Shown: piece after piece, positions 10,401 to 19,824 of the stretch
Position numbering within the stretch: position 1 is the first letter of the stretch
Layout of the letters: every line of letters begins with the position of its first letter
NCBI GenBank assembly: GCA_965215265.1
Contig: OZ244048.1
Span: forward strand, 3,296,001-3,360,000
Reading direction: 5' to 3'
Source of the DNA: Candidatus Poribacteria bacterium
GTDB lineage: Bacteria; Poribacteria; WGA-4E; WGA-3G
DNA length: 64,000 nt
Position numbers and translations under genes: made by a program
Notes under the pieces: generated by a model
The model's database searches: none
Seen by the model: the letters and a program-made list of their open reading frames with translations, nothing else
Told to the model about the DNA's origin: nothing

Positions 10401-12131
10401 ATGTTACGTGTATATAGAAAAATAACCTGCTTGATGATGTTCTTGGGGTGTAGTGTTCTGTTTGCAGAAATATCAAATTTCTCGTTAATATATGCTCAAA
10501 ACGCGCCACAGGCCTCCGAAAAAGGAAAAGCGATTTATGAAAAAAGCTGCGCACACTGCCACGGTATTGAGGGCCGCGGCGATGGTTCTGCTGCTGAAAA
10601 TCTCCTTCCAAGACCGAGAGATTTCACACGTGGCTTGTACAAAATCCGTTCAACTCAGGCTGGAGAGCTTCCGACCGATCAGGATTTGTTTGACATTATC
10701 AACAAAGGAATGCCTGGTTCTTCAATGCCCGGTTGGGAAACCTCCCTGAGTGCTGCTGACCGCTGGGAGGTTGTCGCCTATATTAAAACATTTTACGATG
10801 ACTTTGAAGAGAACGAAATACCGCCGCGGCAAATAGATTTCTCTGGGAAAATCCCGTACTCAGAACAGAGCGTTGAAACGGGCAAAGTACTTTATGTAGA
10901 GCTTGGTTGCGTAGAATGCCACGGCAATATCGGCCGTGGCGACGGTACTTCTGCACCGACGCTCACCGATGAATGGGGATTTCAGACATGGCCGGCAAAT
11001 CTGACACAGGGTTGGAATTTCAGAGGTGGCAGTGGCACCGAGGACATCTTCAAACGGTTCATCGGCGGCATTGCCGGTTCGCCTATGCCTGCTTTTGAGG
11101 GTGACAGTTTCCTACACTTCGGACTCACTGCAGCGGAATCCAAACGTCTTACCGAATTAGAAGGCAAAGATGAGATGACAGAAGCCGAAGAAGAGGAATC
11201 CGGACAATTTTACGAGAAAATGGATGCTGCTGTTGACATTGCCCTCAATATAGCGGAAGGTACAGAATTGAGTGCTGATGAACAACGTACCTTTGATGAA
11301 GCTATGAAAGTTGTGTATGAAAAGAGTTGGCATTTGGCGAACTATGTCAAATCCCTTTCGCCGGAAAAACGCCCAGAGTCGGCGATTGGAAACCGTGTCC
11401 TCCGGGCACAATATTTAACCGGAGACCTGCCGCGAATGGGTGACGCTGCATGGGACACACTAAGATCTAGCCACTTCCCACTTGTTGGACAAATCATCAT
11501 TGAACCCCGGCAATTCAACCCGACAATTGACTCGGTTAACGTCAAAGCGTTCTATAATGACAAAGAGGTGGCATTCCTTTTCACGTGGGATGATAGGACG
11601 CACACCACTGAATTAGAGGATGAACAAACCGGCAATGTCTTTGAAGATGCGCTGGCAATTCAATTTCCGGTGAAGATTCCTCAGGGACCAACATCCCCGA
11701 AGCCGTATTTTCTCTGGGGTGGACGACTTCCCGTCTATTTATGGCATTGGAAAGCTTCCGCACCAACCGATGTGACAGAGTTTACCGCTAAGGGAATTAA
11801 CAACGCAGAAACACAAGCCGTGCAAAGCGACATCCAAGCAGAAGGGACGTACGCAGATGGACAATACAGACTATGGGTAAAACGTGCCTTAGAAACTGAC
11901 GATAAGAAGGATCTGCAGCTTGAGCCGGGAGTGTTTGTGCCGATAGCGTTCTCTGCCTGGGATGGCGCGAATGGTGATATTAACACAAAACGTGCGATTT
12001 CTAGTTGGTATACTTTCGTACTTGAACCTGTTCCCTCTGCAAAAAGGTTTGTCTATCCACCTTTAGTGGCGCTACTCTCAGTCTGTGCGCTATTCGGCTT
12101 GCGCATGTTCATACGGCGGAGAAATGTATAA
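10401..12131 (+). CDS. Diheme cytochrome c fused to an ethylbenzene dehydrogenase gamma-like (EB_dh/DOMON) domain, with C-terminal anchor
   Basis: CAHCH and CVECH, each with a later MP; C-terminal FTWDDRT, DALAIQFP, LWHWKAS, AFSAWDG, KRAISSW; TM tail. Confidence 0.85.
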   Translation: MLRVYRKITCLMMFLGCSVLFAEISNFSLIYAQNAPQASEKGKAIYEKSCAHCHGIEGRGDGSAAENLLPRPRDFTRGLYKIRSTQAGELPTDQDLFDIINKGMPGSSMPGWETSLSAADRWEVVAYIKTFYDDFEENEIPPRQIDFSGKIPYSEQSVETGKVLYVELGCVECHGNIGRGDGTSAPTLTDEWGFQTWPANLTQGWNFRGGSGTEDIFKRFIGGIAGSPMPAFEGDSFLHFGLTAAESKRLTELEGKDEMTEAEEEESGQFYEKMDAAVDIALNIAEGTELSADEQRTFDEAMKVVYEKSWHLANYVKSLSPEKRPESAIGNRVLRAQYLTGDLPRMGDAAWDTLRSSHFPLVGQIIIEPRQFNPTIDSVNVKAFYNDKEVAFLFTWDDRTHTTELEDEQTGNVFEDALAIQFPVKIPQGPTSPKPYFLWGGRLPVYLWHWKASAPTDVTEFTAKGINNAETQAVQSDIQAEGTYADGQYRLWVKRALETDDKKDLQLEPGVFVPIAFSAWDGANGDINTKRAISSWYTFVLEPVPSAKRFVYPPLVALLSVCALFGLRMFIRRRNV

Positions 12132-12367
12132 GTTATTGGCGTAGACAGTCTGTTCTCGCCATCTTAGTAAAATGATGCAGGTCGCTTTGGGCGAGATGAG
12201 TACACGAATCTTCAACCAAAAAAGTCTGACCGCTTTAACCGACGAAAATTGCATAAGCGTTTGGTTTATGCAACAATAGATGGCACTGCTGCTATCTATC
12301 ACAATAACCCGTGCGAATCAAAGTAGATTCGTGCACACAAAGAACCGATAATAAAGGAGAGAAAAAG

Positions 12368-13156
12368 ATGAAAATCCGGATGTTTGCAGGCTTCGCGCTT
12401 CTACTCGCGTGTTGTTATGTTATAACTGTCTTTGCCGACCACCACGAGGAAGGCGAGATGAAAATGCTCGCGTTTCCTGAATCATATAAAGCCATGGCGG
12501 TAAGCAATGGTGGAACTATCACCGGTACCGTAACGTTTGAGGGCGACGTACCGGAGATGAAAATGCTGGAAATTACCAAAGACCAGGCGGTTTGTGCTGC
12601 TACAGAAAAGTACGATGAATCCCTTGTCGTCGGCGAAGGCGACGCTTTAAAAAATACAATTGTCTACTTAATAGACGTTAAACAGGGCAAAGATTTTGAC
12701 AAAGCGGTTAAACCAGAAATCGACCAGCAGGGGTGTCAGTTCACCCCACACGTTCAGATTGTTCCGGTCGGTACGCGCCTGATAATGCTGAATAGCGACA
12801 AAGTTAATCACAATGTCCATATCTTCAGCAGCATTAACAAACCGGTTAACAAACAGCAGACGAAAAATCGAAAAAAGATGCCGCTCGCTGGTGTCAAAAA
12901 AGCAGAGGGCCCGGTAGCGGTTAAGTGCGATATCCACGGCTGGATGTCCGCGTGGGTCGCTTACGTTCCACATCCCTATTTTGCCGTAAGCGATGAGAAG
13001 GGAAAGTTTACACTTGAAAATGTGCCCCCCGGTACCTATAAACTCGGATATTGGCATGAAACGTGCGGTACGAATAACGAATCGCCGGCTTCTGTTACAG
13101 TTGAGGCAGGCGGCACAGTCACGCAGGACTTCACGCTGAAAGTCGAGAAAATGTAG
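12368..13156 (+). CDS. Exported carboxypeptidase-regulatory-like / cupredoxin-motif protein (second paralogue)
   Basis: Signal peptide, DQQGC, HNVH, CDIHGWM; AAGGAG before ATG 12368. Confidence 0.78.
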   Translation: MKIRMFAGFALLLACCYVITVFADHHEEGEMKMLAFPESYKAMAVSNGGTITGTVTFEGDVPEMKMLEITKDQAVCAATEKYDESLVVGEGDALKNTIVYLIDVKQGKDFDKAVKPEIDQQGCQFTPHVQIVPVGTRLIMLNSDKVNHNVHIFSSINKPVNKQQTKNRKKMPLAGVKKAEGPVAVKCDIHGWMSAWVAYVPHPYFAVSDEKGKFTLENVPPGTYKLGYWHETCGTNNESPASVTVEAGGTVTQDFTLKVEKM

Positions 13157-13162
13157 TAGACG

Positions 13163-14101
13163 GTGAAAAACACGCTTGAGGTAGAAAATCTTTCGCATAC
13201 ATATCAGACTAAGTCTGCACTGTGTGACGTGAGTTTTAGCGTGACATGCGGTGAAATTTTTGGACTCCTCGGACCCAACGGAAGCGGAAAAACAACCCTT
13301 TTCCGAATTCTCTCTACGCTGATGCGCCCAACTTCTGGACATGTCAAATTACTTGGTTACCAGTTAGCTACCGAATCAAAAGCGATTAGGAAGTTATTGG
13401 GGGTTGTTTTTCAACATCCAGGGCTGGATGGTAAACTGACGGTACGCGAAAATTTGCTGCATCATGGGCATCTTTACGGGCTCCTCGGTGCACCACTCCG
13501 GCACCGAATCGTCGAAATTCTTGAGCGCTTCGGTGTCGGGGACAGAGCGGATGAACGCGTTGAAATCCTCTCAGGCGGTTTGCAGCGGCGGGTTGAAATT
13601 GCTAAGGCACTGCTGCATGCTCCTCGTGTTTTGCTCCTTGATGAACCGAGCAGTGGATTGGATGTAGGTGCGCGTCAACAACTACGTGCCTACCTGAAAA
13701 TACTCGCTGGAACCGAAAACATCCTTGTGCTGCTAACGACGCACCTTTTGGATGAGGCAGAAGCATGCCACCGGGTCGGAATTCTGGATGCCGGCTGCTT
13801 AGTAGGGCTTGGCACACCGGATGAACTCAAAACGCAAGTCGGCGGTGATGTTGTACTGATTGAGAGTAGTAACGAACAAGGCGGCTTGCCCAACCTTGAG
13901 CCCTTCTGTACTCAGATTGCGGAGCAGTTTGGCGTTACAGCCTACGTCACCGAAAATCGTTTGCGTATTGAGTGTGAAAACGGACATGAGTTTGCGAGAG
14001 ACGTAGTCGCCGCTTTTCCTGATAAAATTCAGGCAGTGCGTTTCGGAAAACCGACGCTGGAGGATGTCTTTACAAAACTGACAGGGAATTCGCTGTTGTA
14101 G
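13163..14101 (+). CDS. ABC transporter ATP-binding protein
   Basis: GPNGSGKT, LSGG, LLLDEP, TTH. Confidence 0.93.
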   Translation: MKNTLEVENLSHTYQTKSALCDVSFSVTCGEIFGLLGPNGSGKTTLFRILSTLMRPTSGHVKLLGYQLATESKAIRKLLGVVFQHPGLDGKLTVRENLLHHGHLYGLLGAPLRHRIVEILERFGVGDRADERVEILSGGLQRRVEIAKALLHAPRVLLLDEPSSGLDVGARQQLRAYLKILAGTENILVLLTTHLLDEAEACHRVGILDAGCLVGLGTPDELKTQVGGDVVLIESSNEQGGLPNLEPFCTQIAEQFGVTAYVTENRLRIECENGHEFARDVVAAFPDKIQAVRFGKPTLEDVFTKLTGNSLL

Positions 14102-14127
14102 CGGAAGAATAACATGCTGAGATTCAG

Positions 14128-14979
14128 ATGATGGCTAAGGTTTCTCTGGTGAGATGGCGACACAAAAGTTCAGGTCAAACACGCCTGACCACTTTAATCG
14201 CCGAAAATCTGCTACCGATTACAACAATATGGTGGCGTGAAATCATCAGGTTTTATCGCCAACGGAGCCGGCTTTTCAGTGCAATTGCACAACCGTTGGT
14301 TTTTTGGCTTCTCATCGGTAGCGGGTTAAGTGCATCTTTTAAACCTGCAGGTGTCTCGGACCAGGCGGACTACATCGAGTATTTTTATCCTGGCATCGTT
14401 GTTTTAGTCTTGCTTTTTACAGCTATTTTCGCTACAATATCCGTTGTACATGATAGGCACGAAGGTTTCTTGCAAGGGGTACTCGTCACGCCGGTAGCAC
14501 GGTGGCGAATTATCATCGGCCAAGCACTCGGAGGCACCACATTAGCTTTCATACAAGGGCTGCTTCTACTGGTGCTCGCACCGCTAATAGGCATCAAACT
14601 TAGTATCATATCAGGATTTCTAACTATAGGCGTGATGGCCCTCTTAGCCTTTGGTTTGACAAACCTCGGCCTGCTCCTCGCGTGGCGGATGGATTCAACG
14701 CAAGGGTTTCATGCAATTATGAATCTTTTGTTGATTCCGATCTGGTTACTGTCTGGTGCATTTTTCCCGAGTACGGGGGCACCAGTGTGGTTAAAATGGA
14801 CGATGAAACTGAATCCGTTAACGTATGGACTCGCAGCACTAAGGCACAGTCTCTATTTTACCACTGGAACGACGGTTAGCGACGTGCCCCCTTTTTTGAT
14901 GTCTGTGCTGATAACAGGGCTATTTTGTCTTTTGACATACGCATGGGCGACTTTCAGTGCTTCTTTCCAAACTGACTAA
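14128..14979 (+). CDS. ABC-2 type permease
   Basis: About six TM helices, LSGAFFP, NPLTY; adjacent to the ATPase. Confidence 0.9.
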   Translation: MMAKVSLVRWRHKSSGQTRLTTLIAENLLPITTIWWREIIRFYRQRSRLFSAIAQPLVFWLLIGSGLSASFKPAGVSDQADYIEYFYPGIVVLVLLFTAIFATISVVHDRHEGFLQGVLVTPVARWRIIIGQALGGTTLAFIQGLLLLVLAPLIGIKLSIISGFLTIGVMALLAFGLTNLGLLLAWRMDSTQGFHAIMNLLLIPIWLLSGAFFPSTGAPVWLKWTMKLNPLTYGLAALRHSLYFTTGTTVSDVPPFLMSVLITGLFCLLTYAWATFSASFQTD

Positions 14980-14989
14980 GTGGTCTGGA

Positions 14990-15017
14990 GCTCGCGTACG
15001 TACGAGAGATTTTTTTT
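14990..15017 (+). terminator. Possible intrinsic terminator
   Basis: Imperfect stem CTCGCGT/ACGAGAG followed by a T-run just after the permease stop. Confidence 0.4.
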
Positions 15018-15149
15018 CATCGAGAAATCAGGCTAAAATTTAGAAGTGCTTTGTCAAGCACGCAACAAGGTTTTTCTGGCGGAATGGCCACACAAGCTTT
15101 CACGCTAAATAAATCTTAACACTTTAATCGAAGAAAAAAGGAGGACTAA

Positions 15150-15815
15150 ATGCTTCAATGGCTTCCACCAAACGTATCAACGTTCGGGCAAGGTGTTGAT
15201 AATATCTTCCATATCATCTATTATATTACGGTAGTTGTCTTTGTTCTTGTGACGGCGACTCTGATTGCTTTCCTTATTAAATACCGGCATCAAGAAGGGC
15301 GCAAAGCTACCTACATTGAAGGCAGCACGACACTTGAAATCGTCTGGACAGTAGTGACTGCAGCGATTGTTTTTATCCTCGCCATGCTCAGTCTGCCTCA
15401 ATGGAATAAAATTAAATCGCCAACGGATTTCCCGGTGAACCCGGATGTGCTGGTGCAGGTTAGCGGTAAGCAGTTTAACTGGGATATGACGTACCCTGGT
15501 CCGGACAATGAGTTAGGAACAGACGATGACCTGCAATTGGAAAATGAACTGCATGTCCCTGTTAACGCGATTGTGCATATCCGATTAACGGCGGAAGATG
15601 TCATCCACAGTTTCTTTGTCCCTCAATTACGGCTAAAACAGGACACGTTGCCCAACCGGTTCATCGACGTCTGGTTTGAAGCCACCAAAGCCGGACGTTA
15701 TGAAATTCCGTGTGCAGAACTTTGTGGTTTTGGACACTCAGGCATGCTCGGTTACCTCAATGTACATTCGCAGGAAGACTATGATGCCTGGGTGAGGGAA
15801 CGTTGGCCCCAATAG
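15150..15815 (+). CDS. coxB: Cytochrome c oxidase subunit II
   Basis: LEIVWT, DVIHSF, CuA motif CAELCGFGHSGM; no fused cytochrome c. Confidence 0.96.
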   Translation: MLQWLPPNVSTFGQGVDNIFHIIYYITVVVFVLVTATLIAFLIKYRHQEGRKATYIEGSTTLEIVWTVVTAAIVFILAMLSLPQWNKIKSPTDFPVNPDVLVQVSGKQFNWDMTYPGPDNELGTDDDLQLENELHVPVNAIVHIRLTAEDVIHSFFVPQLRLKQDTLPNRFIDVWFEATKAGRYEIPCAELCGFGHSGMLGYLNVHSQEDYDAWVRERWPQ

Positions 15816-15835
15816 GCAATAAGGAGTAAATAACC

Positions 15836-17659
15836 ATGAACGATAATGAACATACGTCACATCATCACGAACAAAGTTTTATTAGCAAATACATCTTCTC
15901 GCTTGATCACAAGACTATAGGGAAGCAGTTCCTCATTTACGGGCTGATAATGTTTTTTGTTGGAGGTGGGCTCGCGCTCCTCTTTAGATGGCAACTCGCT
16001 TATCCTGAAAAACCTTTGCCTATCATAGGGGCATCGCCAGGGTACCTTGAGGATGGCGAAGTTACCACTGGTGCAGATAGGATGTGGGAGCGGATTTATG
16101 AGTCAGAAAAGGAAGAGTGGCTTGAGGTAAATATGCCCAACGGGGTCGTTGAACCTGCTTTTTACAACATGCTGTTTACGATGCATGCAACCGTGATGAT
16201 TTTCTTTGTCGTTGTCCCTATTTTGGTCGGCGCGTTCGGAAACTTCCTCATACCTCTGATGATTGGTACACGAGACATGGCTTTCCCTATTCTCAATATG
16301 CTCTCCTTTTGGCTTGCAGTGCTTGCTGCGATTGTGATGGCGATTGGGTTTTTCGTCCCCGGTGGCCATGCAGCATCAGGATGGACGGGCTATGCGCCGC
16401 TCTCAGCTGACGCACAATGGACCGGTGTAGAATGGGGGCAAAATCTCTGGGCGATAAGCCTCTTAATTCAAGGGTTCTCCTCGTTAGTCGGCTCTATTAA
16501 TTACATCACGACGATTATTAATATGCGTGCCCCTGGAATGACGTTATTCCGGATGCCGTTAGTCATCTGGTCTCTGTTCATCGTCGCGATCCTCCTGCTA
16601 CTCGCCTTTCCTGTCTTTTCTTCTGCATTGGCACTACTCATATTTGATAGGCTTGCGGGTACGACCTTCTTCACTGCTACGGCTGAAGGGGGCGGAGATC
16701 CGCTCTTATGGCAACATTTATTCTGGTTTTTCGGACATCCTGAAGTTTACATCCTTATTTTGCCAGGAATGGGTATCGCATCCGAATTAATCGCTGTCTT
16801 TTCACGTAAACCGATTTTCGGTTATCGTTCTATGGTATACGCTATGATCGCCATCGCCTTTTTGGGATGGATTGTTTGGGGACACCATATGTTCCAAAGC
16901 GGGATGCGCCCTGGATTGGGTTCAGCCTTCATGACAACAACGATGCTCATCGCTGTACCGTCCGCAATTAAAACGTTTAACTGGCTCGGAACGATGTACA
17001 AGGGTTCCATCCGATTTACGACGCCGATGCTACACGCTATCGCCTTCGTGTCAATGTTTGTAATTGGGGGGCTCAGTGGTATCTATATGGCAAATACACC
17101 CGTTGACATCTTTATCCACGATACCTACTACATTGTCGCACACATTCACTACGTTGTCTTCGGTGGGAGTCTGTTCGCTATCTTCGGGGGCATCATCTTT
17201 TGGTTTCCGAAAATGTTTGGACGCTACATGAACGACACACTTAGCAAAATTCACTTTTGGTTGACGTTCATCTCGTTCAATTGCACCTTCTTCCCGATGC
17301 ATATTCTGGGTGTAGGTGGACACATGCGGCGTATCTCTAATCCGATGCAATATGAATTCCTCCAAGGGTTTGAAGGAATGAACATCTTTATTACAATGAG
17401 TGCGTTCACACTCGGCATAGTCCAACTGATACTTGTCTTTAACTTTTTCTGGAGTATGTACCGCGGCAAAGTTGCAGAGCAAAATCCGTGGCATGTAAAC
17501 ACATTGGAATGGGAGGCTCCGACGCCAGTACCGCATGGTAATTTTGGGCAAATCCCCACCGTTTATCGCGGTCCGTATGAATACAGCGTGCCGGGGGCAG
17601 AATCTGATTGGATTCGGCAAGCGGATCCAGAGCATGTGCCGGCAAGTGCTGGAGACTAA
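15836..17659 (+). CDS. coxA: Heme-copper oxidase subunit I, A1 type
   Basis: DHKTIG, MHAT, DMAFP, WFFGHPEVY, WGHHM, AHIHY. Confidence 0.97.
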   Translation: MNDNEHTSHHHEQSFISKYIFSLDHKTIGKQFLIYGLIMFFVGGGLALLFRWQLAYPEKPLPIIGASPGYLEDGEVTTGADRMWERIYESEKEEWLEVNMPNGVVEPAFYNMLFTMHATVMIFFVVVPILVGAFGNFLIPLMIGTRDMAFPILNMLSFWLAVLAAIVMAIGFFVPGGHAASGWTGYAPLSADAQWTGVEWGQNLWAISLLIQGFSSLVGSINYITTIINMRAPGMTLFRMPLVIWSLFIVAILLLLAFPVFSSALALLIFDRLAGTTFFTATAEGGGDPLLWQHLFWFFGHPEVYILILPGMGIASELIAVFSRKPIFGYRSMVYAMIAIAFLGWIVWGHHMFQSGMRPGLGSAFMTTTMLIAVPSAIKTFNWLGTMYKGSIRFTTPMLHAIAFVSMFVIGGLSGIYMANTPVDIFIHDTYYIVAHIHYVVFGGSLFAIFGGIIFWFPKMFGRYMNDTLSKIHFWLTFISFNCTFFPMHILGVGGHMRRISNPMQYEFLQGFEGMNIFITMSAFTLGIVQLILVFNFFWSMYRGKVAEQNPWHVNTLEWEAPTPVPHGNFGQIPTVYRGPYEYSVPGAESDWIRQADPEHVPASAGD

Positions 17660-17665
17660 GTATTT

Positions 17666-17698
17666 GTGAATTGTAGGCGCGGTTTCTAACCGTACCTA
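17666..17698 (+). repeat. REP-like GTAG-headed palindrome
   Basis: GTGAATTGTAGGCG is shared exactly with 62645 and followed by an imperfect hairpin (AGGCGCGGTT/AACCGTACCT). Confidence 0.45.
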
Positions 17699-17712
17699 GA
17701 ACCTGTTTCGTT

Positions 17713-18654
17713 ATGCAGAATTCTACGACTTATAGCCCTTGGCTCCACCGATTTGCACGCCTCACCGTAGGTGCAACTTTCCTACTCATTGTGATAGGCG
17801 GAATTGTCACTAGTACCGAATCCGGTCTGGCTGTTCCCGATTGGCCGACGACCTTTGGCTATAATATGTTCTTATATCCGTTATCGGAGATGGTTGGTGG
17901 CGTGCTTTATGAGCATAGCCATCGGCTGATGGGTTCCCTTGTCGGGCTCCTAACAGTGGTTCTCTTCATTATGCTATGGGCAAAAAAGTCTAGTATGTGG
18001 CTACGGTGGCTCGGCTGCATTGCTCTCGTAGGTGTGATTGTGCAAGGTGTACTGGGTGGCCTTCGAGTGACGCAGCTTTCGCTCGTCCTGGCAATAATCC
18101 ATGCGTGTCTTGCACAAGCGTTCTTTGCACTTCTATGTGGAATTGCCTGGTTTACCTCCCGTGATTGGTTGAATACCACACTGAGGGATAACCCATCAGG
18201 TAATTTACCGGCCAAGAAGTTACGCCGGTTAAGTCTAATTACAACCTGCTTAATTTACGTTCAACTCATTTTCGGTGCGATTTTGCGGCATACAGGGAGC
18301 CGATTGGAGTTACACCTCCTTTTCGCCTTCTTGGTAACACTTCATATTTTCCTTATTGCAAGAAGAATATGGCAAGAAGAGGTACTGTTTCGTTCGGTTT
18401 CGGCATTAATCGGCTTACTTGCTGTCCAATTGCTGCTCGGCACCGGGGCATTCTTTGTGAAATTTACAACCCTCGGTGAAACGATGGCAGTGGCACTGAC
18501 AGTCGCAATAACGACAGGGCACGTCGCGTTCGGCGCGCTCATGTTGGTTATGAGTTTTGTGTTAACTCTGAAAATCTATAGGCTTACTGCCGCCTCAACT
18601 ATCTCATCTGAGTCCCAGGAAGTCATTGCTACTGCAGATGGAGAATTAGTGTAA
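17713..18654 (+). CDS. ctaA: Heme A synthase (COX15/CtaA)
   Basis: GGIVTSTESGLAVPDWP, EHSHR, QGVLGG, conserved His residues, about eight TM helices. Confidence 0.9.
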   Translation: MQNSTTYSPWLHRFARLTVGATFLLIVIGGIVTSTESGLAVPDWPTTFGYNMFLYPLSEMVGGVLYEHSHRLMGSLVGLLTVVLFIMLWAKKSSMWLRWLGCIALVGVIVQGVLGGLRVTQLSLVLAIIHACLAQAFFALLCGIAWFTSRDWLNTTLRDNPSGNLPAKKLRRLSLITTCLIYVQLIFGAILRHTGSRLELHLLFAFLVTLHIFLIARRIWQEEVLFRSVSALIGLLAVQLLLGTGAFFVKFTTLGETMAVALTVAITTGHVAFGALMLVMSFVLTLKIYRLTAASTISSESQEVIATADGELV

Positions 18655-18665
18655 AAAAAATTATT

Positions 18666-19592
18666 ATGCGTTCTACACCGGCAAGCTTAGAAAACAGTGT
18701 TAATGAGCCTAAACCCCCGCCGATGGGCAGTTTTGCGCTGAGCCGTGCGACTGATTATCTGGAACTTGTCAAACCGCGGCTGGTTTTGATGGTGCTCATG
18801 ACAACAGCTGCTGGCTTCTATATTGGGGCATCTGCTCCGGTCAATTGGGTACGCTGCCTGCATACCCTCATAGGCGCGGGACTAACAGCCGCGGGTGTTT
18901 TAGGTTTAAATCAGTATATGGAACGTGATATAGATGCACGGATGGAACGGACACAAGCCAGACCATTGCCCGGTGGAAGGATGCTCCCCCTGGAAGCGCT
19001 CCTTTTCAGTGCGGCCCTCACAAGCAGCGGAATGCTTTACCTGACATTGGTTGTTAATCCGCTGAGTGGGTTCGTACTCTCGTTGATAGTGGCAACTTAC
19101 CTGTTTCTCTATACACCGCTCAAGCAGAAGACATCTCTTTGTACACTCGTTGGGGCGTTCCCAGGGGCATTACCGCCGGTAGTGGGCTGGGCAGCAGCCC
19201 GCGGAACGGTTGCCGGAGAAACGTGGGTGCTATTTGCGATCCTATTTTTGTGGCAATTGCCGCATTCCCTCGCTATAGCATACATCTACCGTGCGGACTA
19301 TGCCAAGGCAGGGCTCCGTTTGTTGCCTGTCATCCATCCGGACGGTGCCAGCACACGTCGTCAGATTATTATCAACTGTGCTGCACTCCTCGGAATTGGA
19401 TTGCTGCCGGCTCTCCTCAATATCGCCGGGAGTATCTATTTTTGCACTGCGCTCCTGGCAGGACTCGTGTTTCTAGCGTTTGGGTTCTATTTGGAACGCG
19501 AGCGTTCGGTAACAGCAGCACGATATATCATGTACGCGTCTCTCCTTTATCTACCACTGATATTTATAACGATGGCAATTGATAAAATTTAG
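18666..19592 (+). CDS. ctaB: Protoheme IX farnesyltransferase (heme O synthase)
   Basis: LVKPR, ERDIDARMERTQARPLP, YTPLK, WQLPH, DYAKAG. Confidence 0.96.
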   Translation: MRSTPASLENSVNEPKPPPMGSFALSRATDYLELVKPRLVLMVLMTTAAGFYIGASAPVNWVRCLHTLIGAGLTAAGVLGLNQYMERDIDARMERTQARPLPGGRMLPLEALLFSAALTSSGMLYLTLVVNPLSGFVLSLIVATYLFLYTPLKQKTSLCTLVGAFPGALPPVVGWAAARGTVAGETWVLFAILFLWQLPHSLAIAYIYRADYAKAGLRLLPVIHPDGASTRRQIIINCAALLGIGLLPALLNIAGSIYFCTALLAGLVFLAFGFYLERERSVTAARYIMYASLLYLPLIFITMAIDKI

Positions 19593-19705
19593 GTTAGTTG
19601 AGAGTGAAGAATCTTTTATCTTAATTTTGAACTTTTAGCACCAATGTTAACTGGAATGACTACGAATAGTTTGAATAGTTTGGGATTGCATCCATTGGAT
19701 AACTC

Positions 19706-19813
19706 ATGAACAGACCAAATGAACGTACACGAAATCGCCGACTCGGATTCACGCTGTTTTTACTGTTTGTAATTCTGGTTATCATTGCCACCATTGCAAT
19801 TGTGAACGGCTGA
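19706..19813 (+). CDS. 35-aa single-TM protein, CoxF-like (absent from the ORF track)
   Basis: Hand translation MNRPNERTRNRRLGFTLFLLFVILVIIATIAIVNG*; its stop abuts the RBS of the next gene. Confidence 0.6.
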   Translation: MNRPNERTRNRRLGFTLFLLFVILVIIATIAIVNG

Positions 19814-19824
19814 GGAGAAGTTTG

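Noticed and set aside
10401-12131. Nitrite oxidoreductase or ethylbenzene dehydrogenase implied by the EB_dh-like domain
   Set aside because: No molybdopterin alpha subunit or Fe-S beta subunit is in the window.
12668-13342. Long antisense ORFs (also 17051..17635, 62734..63381 and others)
   Set aside because: They are shadows of well-supported genes on the opposite strand and carry no motifs.
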